A DNA stretch of 64,000 nucleotides from positions 23,312,001 through 23,376,000 of the forward strand of contig OZ076412.1 of NCBI GenBank assembly GCA_964187785.1, given 5' to 3'. The notes under the pieces were generated by a model. The model ran no database searches. It was given only the letters and a program-made list of their open reading frames with translations, and was not told the origin of the DNA. Below are positions 36,140 to 49,705 of the stretch, piece after piece. A program made the position numbers and the translations under genes. Numbering within the stretch: the first letter of the stretch is position 1; each line of letters starts with the position of its first letter. This DNA is from Amphiscolops sp. MND2022. Its lineage: Eukaryota.

Positions 36140-36385
36140 TAACCAATGCCATAATAGCCAATGCCAAAATATCCAACGTGACAAAATAGCCAATGCCAAA
36201 ATAGCCAATGTGACATAATAGCCAATGTTATAGTGTCACTTTGACTGTTTTGGTATTGGTCTATATGGCATTGGCTATTTTGGTCTTGGGTATTTTGGCA
36301 TTGGCTATTTTGGCATTATGTATATTTTGGCATTGGCTATTTTGACCTTGGCTATTTTGACTTTGGTTATTTTGTCCTGCCACCC
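36140..36385. repeat. Foldback array of ~15-bp AAAATAGCCAATGCC units
   Basis: Units on the left half are mirrored (GGCATTGGCTATTTT) on the right half. Boundaries approximate. Confidence 0.7.
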
Positions 36386-37559
36386 AATTTATAATAGCGC
36401 CATGATGGTTTATTGAGTGATCATCACTCAATAAACCATCATGGCGCTATCATAAATTGGTGTTAATCACTTGAATTGGTGTTAATTACTAATCCGCTGA
36501 TGGATTTGTGTGATGATCAGGTTATTTCATCATGGCGGAATGCCTCAATAAGGCATTTGGCCACGAGTGATACTAATTACTAATTAGTAACACCTCAACT
36601 TAAGGCTGCCTCAAATTGACCTACTAATAGACCTAATCTAATTTCTCCGAGTCAACCCAATTGTTCACTTCTCTCTCCAATCTTCCTGCTTTCAAGTTGC
36701 ATTTCTAACTTACAAACTTTTAAAATTTGACCGTCTTTCCTGCCTTTTTGATTTATTCTACTAGAACAATCTACTAATAGTAATTTCTCACAAACTTCCT
36801 GCTTTTAACTCACAAACTTTGAAAAAATTTTGATTTTTTTAGAAACTACTCATCTTTAAGTTGCTTTCGCTTCATATTTTGCCTTCCTTGATTACTGTAA
36901 ATCTTCAAACGATGCCAACATTTCAAGCGCCGCATGCTTCGTTTACCGTGTCCAATGCTTCATCCTCCAATTCCAATTACCAACAAATTCAAAATGTTTT
37001 TAATAAATTCAACGTTGATGAAAACTCACAACCTCTACATGCACCAATCGCTGCCAGTGTCGCAGTGACGAGCCACGTGTTACCTCCACCGACCCACGAG
37101 TTGCCAACATACGCCGAATCCCAATCGTGCCGAAACTTGCTTGTCCTTCAACCTCCCGGGCCGTCTCCGAGGGTTGACCAAGTTGACCCGTACGACTTCG
37201 TCTCTTCCAGTCTCTCCAATTCCCTCACCCCACCGCCGCGACCATACCTCGACCCAATCCCAGCTCAACAAACTGACCGCCGCGGTCCACTGACTTCCAC
37301 TCCTCTGCGCCCGTTGCCGTGTCAACCACATCATGATGCTCACCACAGTATGGTCTCTCCTATCACCGTCACAGGCCGTCGCGAGTTGTTTTCCCCCACA
37401 GGCATAGTTACCACAGGAGACAAAATCTACAGCCTGAGAGGCTCAGCCTTTAGAAGGCTTGTCTTTCAAGTCGAGCCTTTGACCCCTGTGTTAGACTAAG
37501 TAAGTCAGCCTGAGACCAAAAAAGAGTGGAATAACTGTGTTTTCAGCATCTAAAACTAA

Positions 37560-38445
37560 TAGTTCGTAGGCTTCGCCTCGTGTTGGTTTGGATGAGTGCG
37601 ATACAAATGTTCCACTCAACAAAAAAATCAAAAAAGAGTTGATGGCTCACAAAAAACCAAAAAAAAAACAAAAAAAACGAAATGGGTTGAGAAACCCACC
37701 AAAAACATCAAAAAAGAGTTGGTGCAAGAGCAACTTCATTTTCCTTAGTCAATAATTCGTAGGCTTCGCCTCGTGTTCTATTAGATGGATGTTTTTCTCT
37801 TGTTAGGCTCACAAAAAACCAAAAAAAACAAAAAAACGAAATGGTTTGAGAAACCCACCAAAAACATCAAAAAAGAGTTGATGCAAGAGCAACTTCATTT
37901 TCTCTAGTCAATAATTCGTAGGCTTCGCCTCGTGTTGTATTAGATGGATGGTTTTCTCTTGTTAGGCTCACAAAAAACCCAAAAAAAAAACAAAAAACGA
38001 AATGGGTTTCTCAAGTTGAGAAACCCACCAAAAACATCAAAGAAGAGTTGGTGCAAGAGCAACTTCATTTTCTCTAGTCAATAATTCGTAGGCTTCGCCT
38101 CGTGTTGTATTAGATGGATGTTTTTCTCTTGTTAGGCTCACAAAAAACCCAAAAAAAAACGAAAAATGGGGCTCGTGAAGACAGCTCCAAATAAAAAAAC
38201 TTCAAAATTAGATTAGATTAGATTAGATTAGAACTGGAAAAAAAACAAGGAAAAACGAAAAAATCCAAAATGAAAAATCTAACAAAATGCAAAATCCAAA
38301 AAACCGTTTTTTGGGGCCCAGATAGCGTGTGTCCTCGTCGCGGCCCTGGGTACTGGTGTGACAAGACCAGTAGCAAGAGCGCTATCAAACATTTTTGTCT
38401 GACAGAAAATATTGTTCTTTTTCCACCTCCAAGGAGAGAAGCAAA
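37560..38445 (+). repeat. Dispersed element: A-rich ~150-170 bp tandem units (TTCGTAGGCTTCGCCTCGTG core), a (TTAGA)n tract and a unique tail
   Basis: Multiple internal units; a second copy with the same order lies at about 51220-51852. Boundaries approximate. Confidence 0.8.
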
Positions 38446-41400
38446 TGCAAGTCAAAATTAAAGCGATGTTGTTTGTAAAAGTAACTTACAGTTGTCAAAT
38501 GCAGTTTACCTATTTCACAAATAACACTGTTTCACAATTAACAACTAACAATTAACAATTAACTAACAATTAACAATCATTTCACAATTAACAACTGAGT
38601 ATCCCTGGTTATGTTTTCATGTAATGAATTGGAATGGCACTCCAATTCATTACATGAAAACATAACCGGGATACTCAGTTGTCAAACACATCTAAAACAG
38701 CGATGATGTCTCTAAATAGTGCTGTACCTGAATAGTAACATAATGACGACTGGAGTTAGCAGTCATTATTGAGTAGTTATACCAACATAAATAGTTATTA
38801 TTCAGTGTTGTTCAAATATACATGCAATTATGATTGAAATCATCAGTCGTCAATGTCATATTTCATCAGTTTGATGTTTTAAAGGTTCAGTATCATTTCA
38901 CCCCAAATTCATTTCACACCATATTGTCACAATATCAATTGCTATTGTAGACAGCGATTCGACGAGTGAAACCCCGTCCGGGAACGTGCCAATGTCAGTA
39001 TCAGTGTGCGATGACGTGGACAACAAAGACCGTCATGTCAGTGACTGACCCCTGTGCAGCCAGTGGCAATCCACCACCCAATCGGACCCCCAACTTGAAA
39101 CCCACTCCGAAGAGTCTTCAACCACTGGCACTGACCCTTCATCTCAGGCTGATAATTTGTCAATTCTTCCGGCCAGTGAACTCTGATTTTGAAAACTTTT
39201 CCTTGGGGTTTATCTTTTAAAATTTTTTTGGTTCAACGAACTATTGCTAATTTTAGTAAATTTAAATATTCATCATTTCCTTTGTTTAGTTCACTATTCG
39301 GACTTCGGTTTGAAGTAAAATGCTTTCAAGTTGATTAAGGTTTTTCTTTAAAAAGCAACGAGGTTTTTGACAAGGTCTTTTTGAGCAAAGTCACTCATAC
39401 GAAGCTTTTCGACGAAGTCTCACTTATCCTACTGTTAAAATGTATCATTAAAATGCTACCTGAAAAATCCGAGACAAAATGTGGAAGTAGCTAATTTTCA
39501 GGATGAGACTAACCATCCTAGAAGAACATGGACTAACATGGACTGAATGAGCATGGACTAACTTGATTTTTTCCATGTTTAAACATTATGTATAGCACTT
39601 TGGTGAGGACTAACCAAACCTGACTTAGTCGATTTTCAGGACTGGACTATCTAAACCTGATGGACTAACACCGAAAAAAAAAGAGAACTAACTGAGACTA
39701 ACCGACTAACAGTCGTCTAAAAGGCATGTTTGGCGTGTTGCATGTTACCGCTAACTACTGTCTGTGCTCGTCGTCGGTTCGAGCTTCTACAGTTAGTCTA
39801 ATCTAGTCGAGAGCTAGTTTCCATTTGAACTTATTGATTCTAAGACGAGTGAGCAGTGACAACTGTATGTGGCGGTCTTCTCAGTTGTGTTCGATGGTAC
39901 GGCGGCAAAGTTGTGCTAGCTTTGAAAGGGTAGAGCATGGGGTGACCCATGTATTAGTGAAAATGCATGTTAACGTACTCGTCATTTTGTTGTGACTGCA
40001 TTTAAAGGCAGCTGAAATTGTCTTGGTCAGGCATGGAGGCTGCCGCGGCAACCCCCGATTTGAAAAAATTGTTCACTCACAGAGCATTGCGCATGGTCTG
40101 CTAGAGGCGAGTCCTACCCTAGTATTCGTTGTTGGTGAAGGCTCGAAAGTGGTAACGAGACAGAGGGACACGTCTCTGCAGACCTTAGCGCTGCAGCGCA
40201 AAGTGAGTGACTGAGCAGCTCGCTCATTCTAATGACTGAATTTCCAAGGACTAGTTTCTTGCACCTGAGTGCTTACATTTGTGGTAAAGTTTTTGATTGC
40301 ACGTGGTTGACCTTAAGGATTAAGTTACATGTTTTTAGTGTTCTACTGTATCACTCATGGCAGTGTGTCTGACCGACGTCATCATCGCTGATGTGTGTTC
40401 TAGAACATCATCACTCGTGAAGTGTGTCGCGGAAAACGTTTCGTAGCTGCGGTTGTTTCTACGTTATGTTAATTTTTGGTGGCCGTTTCGTATTGCCCCT
40501 CTTTTTTTGATAGAGTCAGACCGGTTTGATAGCCTACGATTGCGTCACGTTTCCCTGTGATTGACTGATTCAATTAGAACCACTGAAAAGTTTTCAAAAT
40601 CAGAGTTCACTGGGACTGAGTTTCGCTAAACTGAGAAGCAGTCCCAGGCACCCTGACCACTGGCAGTTGAGTCAATGTGAGTCAACCACTCAGTTGACCA
40701 TCCATTGTCACGGTACTCGAACAATAACTAATAAATTGAAGTCAGAGTTGTAATTCACAAAAAATTGATTGTCTGTTAACAAGATTTCAAAGAACTAAAG
40801 GTTTGTGATTGTTTTGGTTCATTCTGCCCTTCAAGTAAAGTTCGACTTATTTTTCGACGAACTATTTTGAAATTCAATTTCGGAACACCATTTGCCGGGA
40901 CACTGAGGTAGGATCACAAGTTTGTTTAACTGTAATTCCTACCTAAATGTCCAGTCAAAGTGATATTTTATTATGAATTTATTCAGGCTAACGAGCTACT
41001 TTTCACTTGAAGATAAAAAAAGAAACAAGGTCGTAATATCGGCTCTTTTCTGTTTTCCCCCCACCACCACAAACTTTTGAAGTAAATTTCTTTAAAAACT
41101 TTATACTTACCCAATTAAAAGTAAATCCTTTGACAGCGGGGAGTTAACGTCTATTAGACATTTTTCGCTTGAACAAAACATTGTTCATGCATTTTGACTA
41201 TACTTATGCTCCTATTAAGTGTTTTTTCGATGACTCAAAACAGGAAGCTGTTGATTTCTTCGTTCAAAATGCGTGACTACATATTGAAGTGTGAACAAGG
41301 TTTGTATCTGAATCCTAAATTGTCACACTGAGACTAAATGTAAAATTGAAGCCTTCTGGTTTGTATTCGAAACATTTTGTTATAAGATTTTCACTAAATT

Positions 41401-42243
41401 TTCAATAAAAACTTGGTGGTGTGGGGGGACACTGTAGCAGAAGACAGCAGTAATATCTGGCAGAAAAAAGCCGTAATATCTACAACAAGCTTTACTGAGT
41501 TACAAAACATTCGTCAGAAACCAGTTTTTCAGAATCATCAGGACCATTTATATTTTACATCTTTTATAAATGCTCCAGAGAACTCTGACAAAAACACGTT
41601 AATTTTGGATTTTAAAAATCGTTTGGACCATGTGTTCAATTCACCATCCCCCCCAGGTACACTTTCTTGCGAATTTTCATCCAACACGAAAGCACATTTT
41701 GTTCTTGAATAAAAATATTTCACGAGTAAGAGAATATTATATGTATGTATAATAGCTTGTTTAAAACGTGAATTTCTGCTATTTTGATAATACAATAATA
41801 TCAAAAAATTTTGGTAATGTCGACGTAGTCTCACAGCAGAAAAGGATAGGATCACAATCGATAGGATTATGTCGACGTCAATTAATATACTGGACCAAAT
41901 ATTTATTGCAACGTATTTGAACCTTCTGTCTTATTTTCCCCCTGCGGCGAGGGGGGGCGGGGGTAATTGAACACATAGTCCAATCGTTTTAAAATGATGC
42001 ACAAATTAATCAGGAAACAATCGGAACTTCATTCCCTAGAGTTAGCAGATTCAGTATAATATAACTTTATACGTATCATCTGACAACTCTAAAGACATGT
42101 TGTTCATGAGTTCTGTACGAAAATGTCAGCTTTTTGTTGGGGATGTTTCAGGGGGGGGGGGGTGCTAGGATATGGTCCAATCTCGTTTCACAGAAATTAC
42201 TAATTACACTTTACACTTGATGATAAATTCCACTTTTGCGGCA

Positions 42244-42481
42244 TATGTATCGTAATGGATGGGTTTGGGGAACCAGCATGAGAAAGTGGAATCTATTGGC
42301 TGTTAATCGAACTAACAACTTGTTAATCGAACAACATGTTGAAGATCTTGCTAATTCAATGCGGCATGAATTAGCAAGATCTTCAACATGTTGTTCGATT
42401 AACAAGTTGTTAGTTCGATTAACAGCCAATAGATTCCACTTTCTCATGCTGGTTCCCCAAACCCATCCATTACGATACATA
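42244..42481. repeat. Palindrome with 115-bp arms and an 8-nt loop
   Basis: 42244-42358 is the reverse complement of 42367-42481. It is followed by a second hairpin at 42480-42568. Confidence 0.92.
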
Positions 42482-43604
42482 CAAAAGACCCAGTTTGGAT
42501 TTTTTTCTCATTACAATACATATCATATGTATCGTAATGAGAAAAAAATCCAAACTGGGTCTTTTGTATTGAGTTTTGTAGAATCGGAACTATTTCATTT
42601 AGAGCCACCAAATCCCTATAATAAAAATCATGTCATCTGATAACTCTAAAGGAGAGTTGTTCGAGAACTTTTTAAAACTCTTTGAAAACTTTTTGAAAAC
42701 ACTCAATCGGAACAATTTTTTCTAGAGCTTCGACTGGTCGTGTATAGTTCCATATTCTATTCACGCATCAGTCAACTCTTGAGAAAATATGTAGGTTTAA
42801 AACATATGTAGGTTCAAAGAATATACACTAACCTTCAATGACATCGATGCAATGTCAAATAAATTTTTAGTGACGTTCAACTAGTGACAATTATCATTCA
42901 ACAAATTGACTCCAATTTCTGACCGAACTTTTGCAACATGTTGACAATTCAAATAAAGTGAGAAGAAAGCGGCAACTTAATGATCACTTACCAATGATAA
43001 CAGCCAATCAAATTTCATTGTTTCTATTTTTATTTCTACAGTGTATTTGTTTTACATGTACTTGACACTCTTCCTGGTCGAGTTGAACTCTAAGTGCAAC
43101 CAGGGACGTATGGATTTCGCGGGAATTTTCATGGGGACGGTTCAAATCGTAGAATGTTCGGTGTGATTACGTGCCAAATAACATAAGAGCAAACAAGTTA
43201 TTTGAAACTAATTTTGTTTTTATGTTATTTGCTCTTATGTCATTTGGAAATTCACCGTTCGGTGTCGGATCACAAGTCCGAAAGAATAAAATTAAAAAAG
43301 TCGGGTCACAAGTCCGATATCGGCGTCCAATAAGATTTCAGAAATCCAGCGTAAGAAATACTTAGCACTGTCTAATTCCCTGCAATCTGACTGGCTGACG
43401 CGGGCGGACCGAAACGAAGTCCGTTCAAAGATTTAAAAAAAATGAATTTTTCAATTTCCCCTAGTCAGCTATGTTCACATACTTCCAGTGCCCTAAATGC
43501 AGGAGCGACTCGGAAGCGAAGCGGAGCGACGTGCCATATGGCCATGCCTCAATGTTGCTACTTGGCGAAGGGAGCGAAGCGACCGAGCCATACAACAAAT
43601 ATGA

Positions 43605-44075
43605 AGCATTTTTTCGGACTTGTGCAACCCAATTTCATTTTCGGACTTGTGCAACCCAAATTTATTTTCGGACTTGTGCAACCGAAATTTATTTTCGGAC
43701 TTGTGAATAGCTGCCGAATGTTCAGAGCGTCGAAAGTAGCTTATACACAGTCACGTGACCAAATCTGCTTTACATGAGCAAATCAAATTCCAGTAAAATA
43801 CATTTAATACGTTTTCGACGTTTTGAATATTCTACGGTAGAATATTCAAAACGTCGAAAACGTATTAAATGTATTTTACTGGAATTTGATTTGCTCATGT
43901 AAAGCAATTTTGGTCACGTGACTGTGTATAAGCTACTTTCGACGCTCTGATTATTCGGCGGCTATTCACAAGTCCGAAAATAAATTTCCGAAATTTATTT
44001 TTGGACTTGTGAATAGCCGCCGAGTCGGTTGCACAAGTCCGAAAATAAATTTGGGTTGCACAAGTCCGAAAATGA
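43605..44075. mobile_element. Foldback element centred at 43836, with 28-bp subrepeats (TTCGGACTTGTGCAACCCAAATTTATTT) in the outer arms
   Basis: Inner arms are perfect around a 1-nt loop; outer arms are imperfect. Boundaries approximate. Confidence 0.8.
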
Positions 44076-45018
44076 CACAAGTCGTGACGATTTGAATAGT
44101 CACCATCCTTCAAGATTCTTCAAGATAGAAAGTTTCTATTCAAAAATTTTAAACAAAATCTAAACGAATGAATTATCAATTGTCTACTAGACAATTTCAT
44201 GTGGACTGATATAATCAATAGTTTGATCTGCATAGTCAATGTTGTACTTTTAGCGACTTGTTGAAGTAAGCAATTTTACCCACGTGCCATCCGTTTTCAT
44301 ACAAGGCGCGAATTGACCTTCCAACATTCAATAAAAAGGCAATGAACTCAAAACAAGAACATTTTAAGAACATTTGAGGCTCAAATTGTCAAAAATTTAA
44401 GAACAGTTGAGTCTCGATCTCTAGCGATTAATCTTATAGAAAAAATTGCGTGTATTAAAATCCTTGGCATGTTTGTTTTTTAGTTGGACATTAATCTGAA
44501 AAACGGAAAAATTCGCCGCGAATTTCGCGGGAATTATTATGAAGAAATTTTGCGGAAATTTCGCGAATTTTGCGCCGCGAAATCCCTACTTCCCTGACTG
44601 CAACTCTAGGGATTTGAAGATTACGTACCAAATAACAGTGTCCGGCGGTTTGAAGTTCAAATCCCTAGAGTTGCAGTCAGGTACGTAGGGATTTCGCAGC
44701 ACAATTCGAAACAACACAATTCAAAACGACACAATTAGGACTCCAAAACTATGTCCCCCTTTTTGCTTGCTAAAAGGGACATAGTTTTGGACTGCTAATT
44801 GTGTCGTTTAACGACATGATGATGATGTAGCAGAGGTCGGAAGAAGGTAGGAAATCTCTGAGGGCTACTCGTTTAAGTGAAACCTCTGATGACGGATCGT
44901 TTACCGCTTCAAGTTAGATTTTGGAGTTTTACTTTTTAAACTGTCGGCATTTGTGTGATGAAATTTTTCAACTGAATTAATTGATTGTTTTTTTCTTTAG
45001 ATTTGATGTGTAATATTC

Positions 45019-45346
45019 GGTACTCCTGACTAAGTGTGGTCCCTATAAAATTTATGCAGCCGGCCTGAAAACTCCTGACTAAGTGTGGTCCTTACAAGAG
45101 GTTAGCATATTTGTTGTATGGCTCGGTCGCTTCGCTCCCTTCGGCAAGTAGCAACATTGAGGCATGGCCATATGGCACGTCGCTCCGCTTCGCTTCGCTC
45201 CTGCATTTAGGGCACTAGGGGTATGTGAACATAGCTGACGACGTAATAAGAAAAATCCGACAAACTATGCAGTGACCACACTTATAAAATAGGGACCACA
45301 CTTAGTAAGGAGAAATCGCTTGGGACCACACTTAGTCAGGAGTACC
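45019..45346. mobile_element. MITE (328 bp), 25-bp GG-ended TIRs, 8-bp TSD; Merlin-like
   Basis: TIR GGTACTCCTGACTAAGTGTGGTCCC and its inverse; TSD TAATATTC at 45011-45018 and 45347-45354. The internal segment 45106-45239 is an inverted copy of 43464-43603. Confidence 0.88.
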
Positions 45347-47090
45347 TAATATTCAAAGTTTAGTTGTTCCATTCTTTGAAATGGCTACATTTCATTGATC
45401 ACCGGTGTTCTTGTTATTCGCTGAGTTGAAGTTTTTTGTTTTTCAAGTTACTCAGTTATTTACTGAGTTTTTACGGTACATACTACAAATAAAAGTCCGT
45501 TTCTCAACTACATAGATAACAGGCTGATATCGATTTAGTTGAGAAACGGACTTATATTTGTAGTATGTACCGTTCAATTGGATTATTAACTAGTGCCATT
45601 GTTTTTTCTTGTTTCTTCTTTGAGAGGACAAAATTTTATGTTACCTGTTCGAATTCGATTTATTTGTAGTGTTATTAGTTTCATGTGATTACTTCATCGC
45701 AAGTCCATGAGCATTTGAATTTGCTCAGTACCTGCAGTAGTAGATGTGAAAACGATTGCTGAGTCTCATTTTTAGGGTCCCGGGGTAAGTAGGTGATAAG
45801 AAAACGATGAATCAGGGTATTAGTCAATCTCAATGTGAAAATGAGTTGTAAACATCGTTTAATTATTGTCATATGATTTTGATAAGCGTCATATGTGTAG
45901 GCGATAAAAGGTTTTTATCGTTTTTCCATTGTGCGGTATTTAGGTAATCAACATTAAATGTAAGCGATGTAAAAACGATGAACTATTTTCATCTGTTTTA
46001 CATCGTCTGTAATTTAGCACCAGAAAGTAGATTAGGTTCGCAGTCGTAATATCATGAAGTATGTAGGGAATTTTTCACTTTTACATCGTTGTTTAGGTAA
46101 CTGTTTCAAGTGACGCGGTGTGGTCAGCAGCGTCGTCTTCTCGTGAAACGTCACTATATTTTGATTATTCCAATGTTTTGTTTTATTGACAGTTTTGTTA
46201 GGCACTAAGTTGCCATTTAGTTCCCGTTTGCCAGTGAGCTAATTTCGAGTGTTTAAAGAAGTTTAAAGTGGCTAGCGTTTAAACGCTCAGCGTTTAAACA
46301 CTGGTTAATTCTCCGAATTGTCTTAAAATTCTGAATTTAACATTTACATGAATTATAATTCAGAATTTCAGGAAATATTTTAAGAATTTTACCGTCGCCG
46401 GCATTCTGTGAGAAAAATTTTTCTCGGGCAGCGTTACTCTCAGAGGGACGCCGTTGCAGGTTGTCAATGCATTCCATAAAAAACCGATTGATGTTTCATA
46501 CCCCGCACCTGAAGATCGACTATCTCAGGGTTGGTTAGTCTCCACAAAGTTAGTTAGTCTAAAAGTTAGTTTAAAGATAGTCTCACCTTTTAACCTTTGT
46601 TCACATCTAAATGAACTTTCATATGTTAACGGGGGGGCATGGTCGGTGTATGCACGCTCGTCCTCACCGTCGCAAAGACCAGCTCCCACTACGATCGTTC
46701 GCGCTCTCCGTTCCCGCTAGGTCTTTTCTCCTTTTCGACCTCGCTTAGCAATATGGGCAACACTCAGCGGGGCACTAGAGGTGATGGGGACAAATCTCAG
46801 GCACGTTTCATACTTTAAAGTCGTTTCATATTTCAAAGTAATTTCAAAGTGTCAGGTTAAGTTAGTCCACACCTGAAGATCGACTATCTCAGGGTTGGTT
46901 AGTCTCCACAAAACTCCTTTAAACAATGTTTAAACAAGGAAACCCAACTAGTGCTGAATTTGGGTGAATATAGTTGGGAATTCATCCTTTTTACATCATA
47001 CGCTAAAGTGGTGCTTGAACTTAGTAAATATCTTCGTTTTGCTAAAGAGACTGAGAAAATGGGAAAATACATCCCTAATTTCATCAGTAA

Positions 47091-49705
47091 AAGTGTTGGT
47101 CGTCACTAGAAGTGTTTGTTGAAACGGAATATCATTTGAACAACTTGGAAGCAGTAATGTCGACTGCAAGTGTTGGTCGTCACTAAAAGTGTTTGTTGAA
47201 ACGGAATATCATTTGAACAACTTGGAAGCAGTAATGACGACTGCAAGTGTTGGTCGTCACTAGAAGTGTTTGTTGAAACGGAATATCATTTGAACAACTT
47301 GGAAGCAGTAATGACGACTGCAAGTGTTGGTTGTCACTAGAAGTGTTTGTTGAATCGGAATATCATCTGAACAACTTGGAAGCAGTAATGACGACTGCAA
47401 GTGTTGGTCGTCACTAGAAGTGTTTGTTGAAACGGAATATCATTTGAACAACTTGGAAGCAGTAATGACAACTGCAAGTGTTGGTCGTCACTAGAAGTGT
47501 TTGTTGAATCGGAATATCATTTGAACAACTTGGAAGCAGTAATGACGACTGCAAGTGTTGGTCGTCACTAGAAGTGTTTGTTGAAACGGAATATCATTTG
47601 AACAACTTGGAAGCAGTAATGACGACTGCAAGTGTTTGGTCGTCACTAGAAGTGTTTGTTGAAACGGAATATCATTTGAACAACTTGGAAGCAGTAATGA
47701 CGACTGCAAGTGTTGGTCGTCACTAAAAGTGTTTGTTGAAACGGAATATCATTTGAACAACTTGGAAGCAGTAATGACGACTGCAAGTGTTGGTCGTCAC
47801 TAGAAGTGTTTGTTGAAACGGAATATCATTTGAACAACTTGGAAGCAGTAATGACGACTGCAAGTGTTGGTTGTCACTAGAAGTGTTTGTTGGAACGGAA
47901 TATCATTTGAACAACTTGGAAGCAGTAATGACGACTGCAAGTGTTGGTCGTCACTAGAAGTGTTTGTTGAATCGGAATATCATTTGAACAACTTGGAAGC
48001 AGTAATGACGACTGCAAGTCTTGGTCGTCACTAGAAGTGTTTGTTGAAACGGAAAATCATTTGAACAACTTGGAAGCAGTAATGACGACTGCAAGTGTTG
48101 GTCGTCACTAAAAGTGTTTGTTGAAACAGAATATCATTTGAACAACTTGGAAGCAGTAATGACGACTGCAAGTGTTGGTCGTCACTAGAAGTGTTTGTTG
48201 AAACGGAATATCATTTGAACAACTTGGAAGCAGTAATGACGACTGCAAGTGTTGGTTGTCACTAGAAGTGTTTGTTGAATCGGAATATCATTTGAACAAC
48301 TTGGAAGCAGTAATGACGACTGCAAGTGTTGGTCGTCACTAGAAGTGTTTGTTGAAACGGAATATCATTTGAACAACTTGGAAGCAGTAATGACAACTGC
48401 AAGTGTTGGTCGTCACTAGAAGTGTTTGTTGAATCGGAATATCATTTGAACAACTTGGAAGCAGTAATGACGACTGCAAGTGTTGGTCGTCACTAGAAGT
48501 GTTTGTTGAAACGGAATATCATTTGAACAACTTGGAAGCAGTAATGACGACTGCAAGTGTTTGGTCGTCACTAGAAGTGTTTGTTGAAACGGAATATCAT
48601 TTGAACAACTTGGAAGCAGTAATGACGACTGCAAGTGTTGGTCGTCACTAAAAGTGTTTGTTGAAACGGAATATCATTTGAACAACTTGGAAGCAGTAAT
48701 GACGACTGCAAGTGTTGGTCGTCACTAGAAGTGTTTGTTGAAACGGAATATCATTTGAACAACTTGGAAGCAGTAATGACGACTGCAAGTGTTGGTTGTC
48801 ACTAGAAGTGTTTGTTGGAACGGAATATCATTTGAACAACTTGGAAGCAGTAATGACGACTGCAAGTGTTGGTCGTCACTAGAAGTGTTTGTTGAATCGG
48901 AATATCATTTGAACAACTTGGAAGCAGTAATGACGACTGCAAGTCTTGGTCGTCACTAGAAGTGTTTGTTGAAACGGAAAATCATTTGAACAACTTGGAA
49001 GCAGTAATGACGACTGCAAGTGTTGGTCGTCACTAAAAGTGTTTGTTGAAACAGAATATCATTTGAACAACTTGGAAGCAGTAATGACGACTGCAAGTGT
49101 TGGTCGTCACTAGAAGTGTTTGTTGAAACGGAATATCATTTGAACAACTTGGAAGCAGTAATGACGACTGCAAGTGTTGGTTGTCACTAGAAGTGTTTGT
49201 TGAAACGGAATATCATTTGAACAACTTGGAAGCAGTAATGACGACTGCAAGTGTTGGTCGTCACTAGAAGTGTTTGTTGAAACGGAATATCATTTGAACA
49301 ACTTGGAAGCAGTAATGACGACTGCAAGTGTTGGTTGTCACTAGAAGTGTTTGTTGAAACGGAATATCATTCGAACAACTTGGAAGCAGTAATGACAACT
49401 GCAAGTGTTGGTCGTCACTAGAAGTGTTTGTTGAATCGGAATATCATTTGAACAACTTGGAAGCAGTAATGACGACTGCAAGTGTTGGTCGTCACTAGAA
49501 GTGTTTGTTGAAACGGAATATCATTTGAACAACTTGGAAGCAGTAATGACGACTGCAAGTGTTGGTTGTCACTAGAAGTGTTTGTTGAATCGGAATATCA
49601 TTTGAACAACTTGGAAGCAGTAATGACGACTGCAAGTGTTGGTCGTCACTAGAAGTGTTTGTTGAATCGGAATATCATTTGAACAACTTGGAAGCAGTAA
49701 TGACG
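47091..49705. repeat. Tandem satellite, 77-bp unit, ~34 copies, with a 925-bp (12-unit) higher-order repeat
   Basis: Unit AAGTGTTGGTCGTCACTAGAAGTGTTTGTTGAAACGGAATATCATTTGAACAACTTGGAAGCAGTAATGACGACTGC. Diagnostic variants recur 925 bp apart. Confidence 0.97.

Noticed and set aside
38209-38232. (TTAGA)n as a telomeric repeat
   Set aside because: Only 4-6 units, embedded at the same place in two copies of a dispersed element.
39171-40616. Element bounded by a 30-bp inverted repeat (about 39171-39200 and 40587-40616)
   Set aside because: No TSD or coding capacity found; may be two independent fragments of a repeat.
42211-42640. Overlapping ORFs on both strands with the same MYRNGWVWG sequence
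   Set aside because: Artefact of the palindrome.
47091-49705. CRISPR-like array
   Set aside because: Units are contiguous near-identical 77-mers with no unique spacers, and there are no cas genes; this is a satellite.
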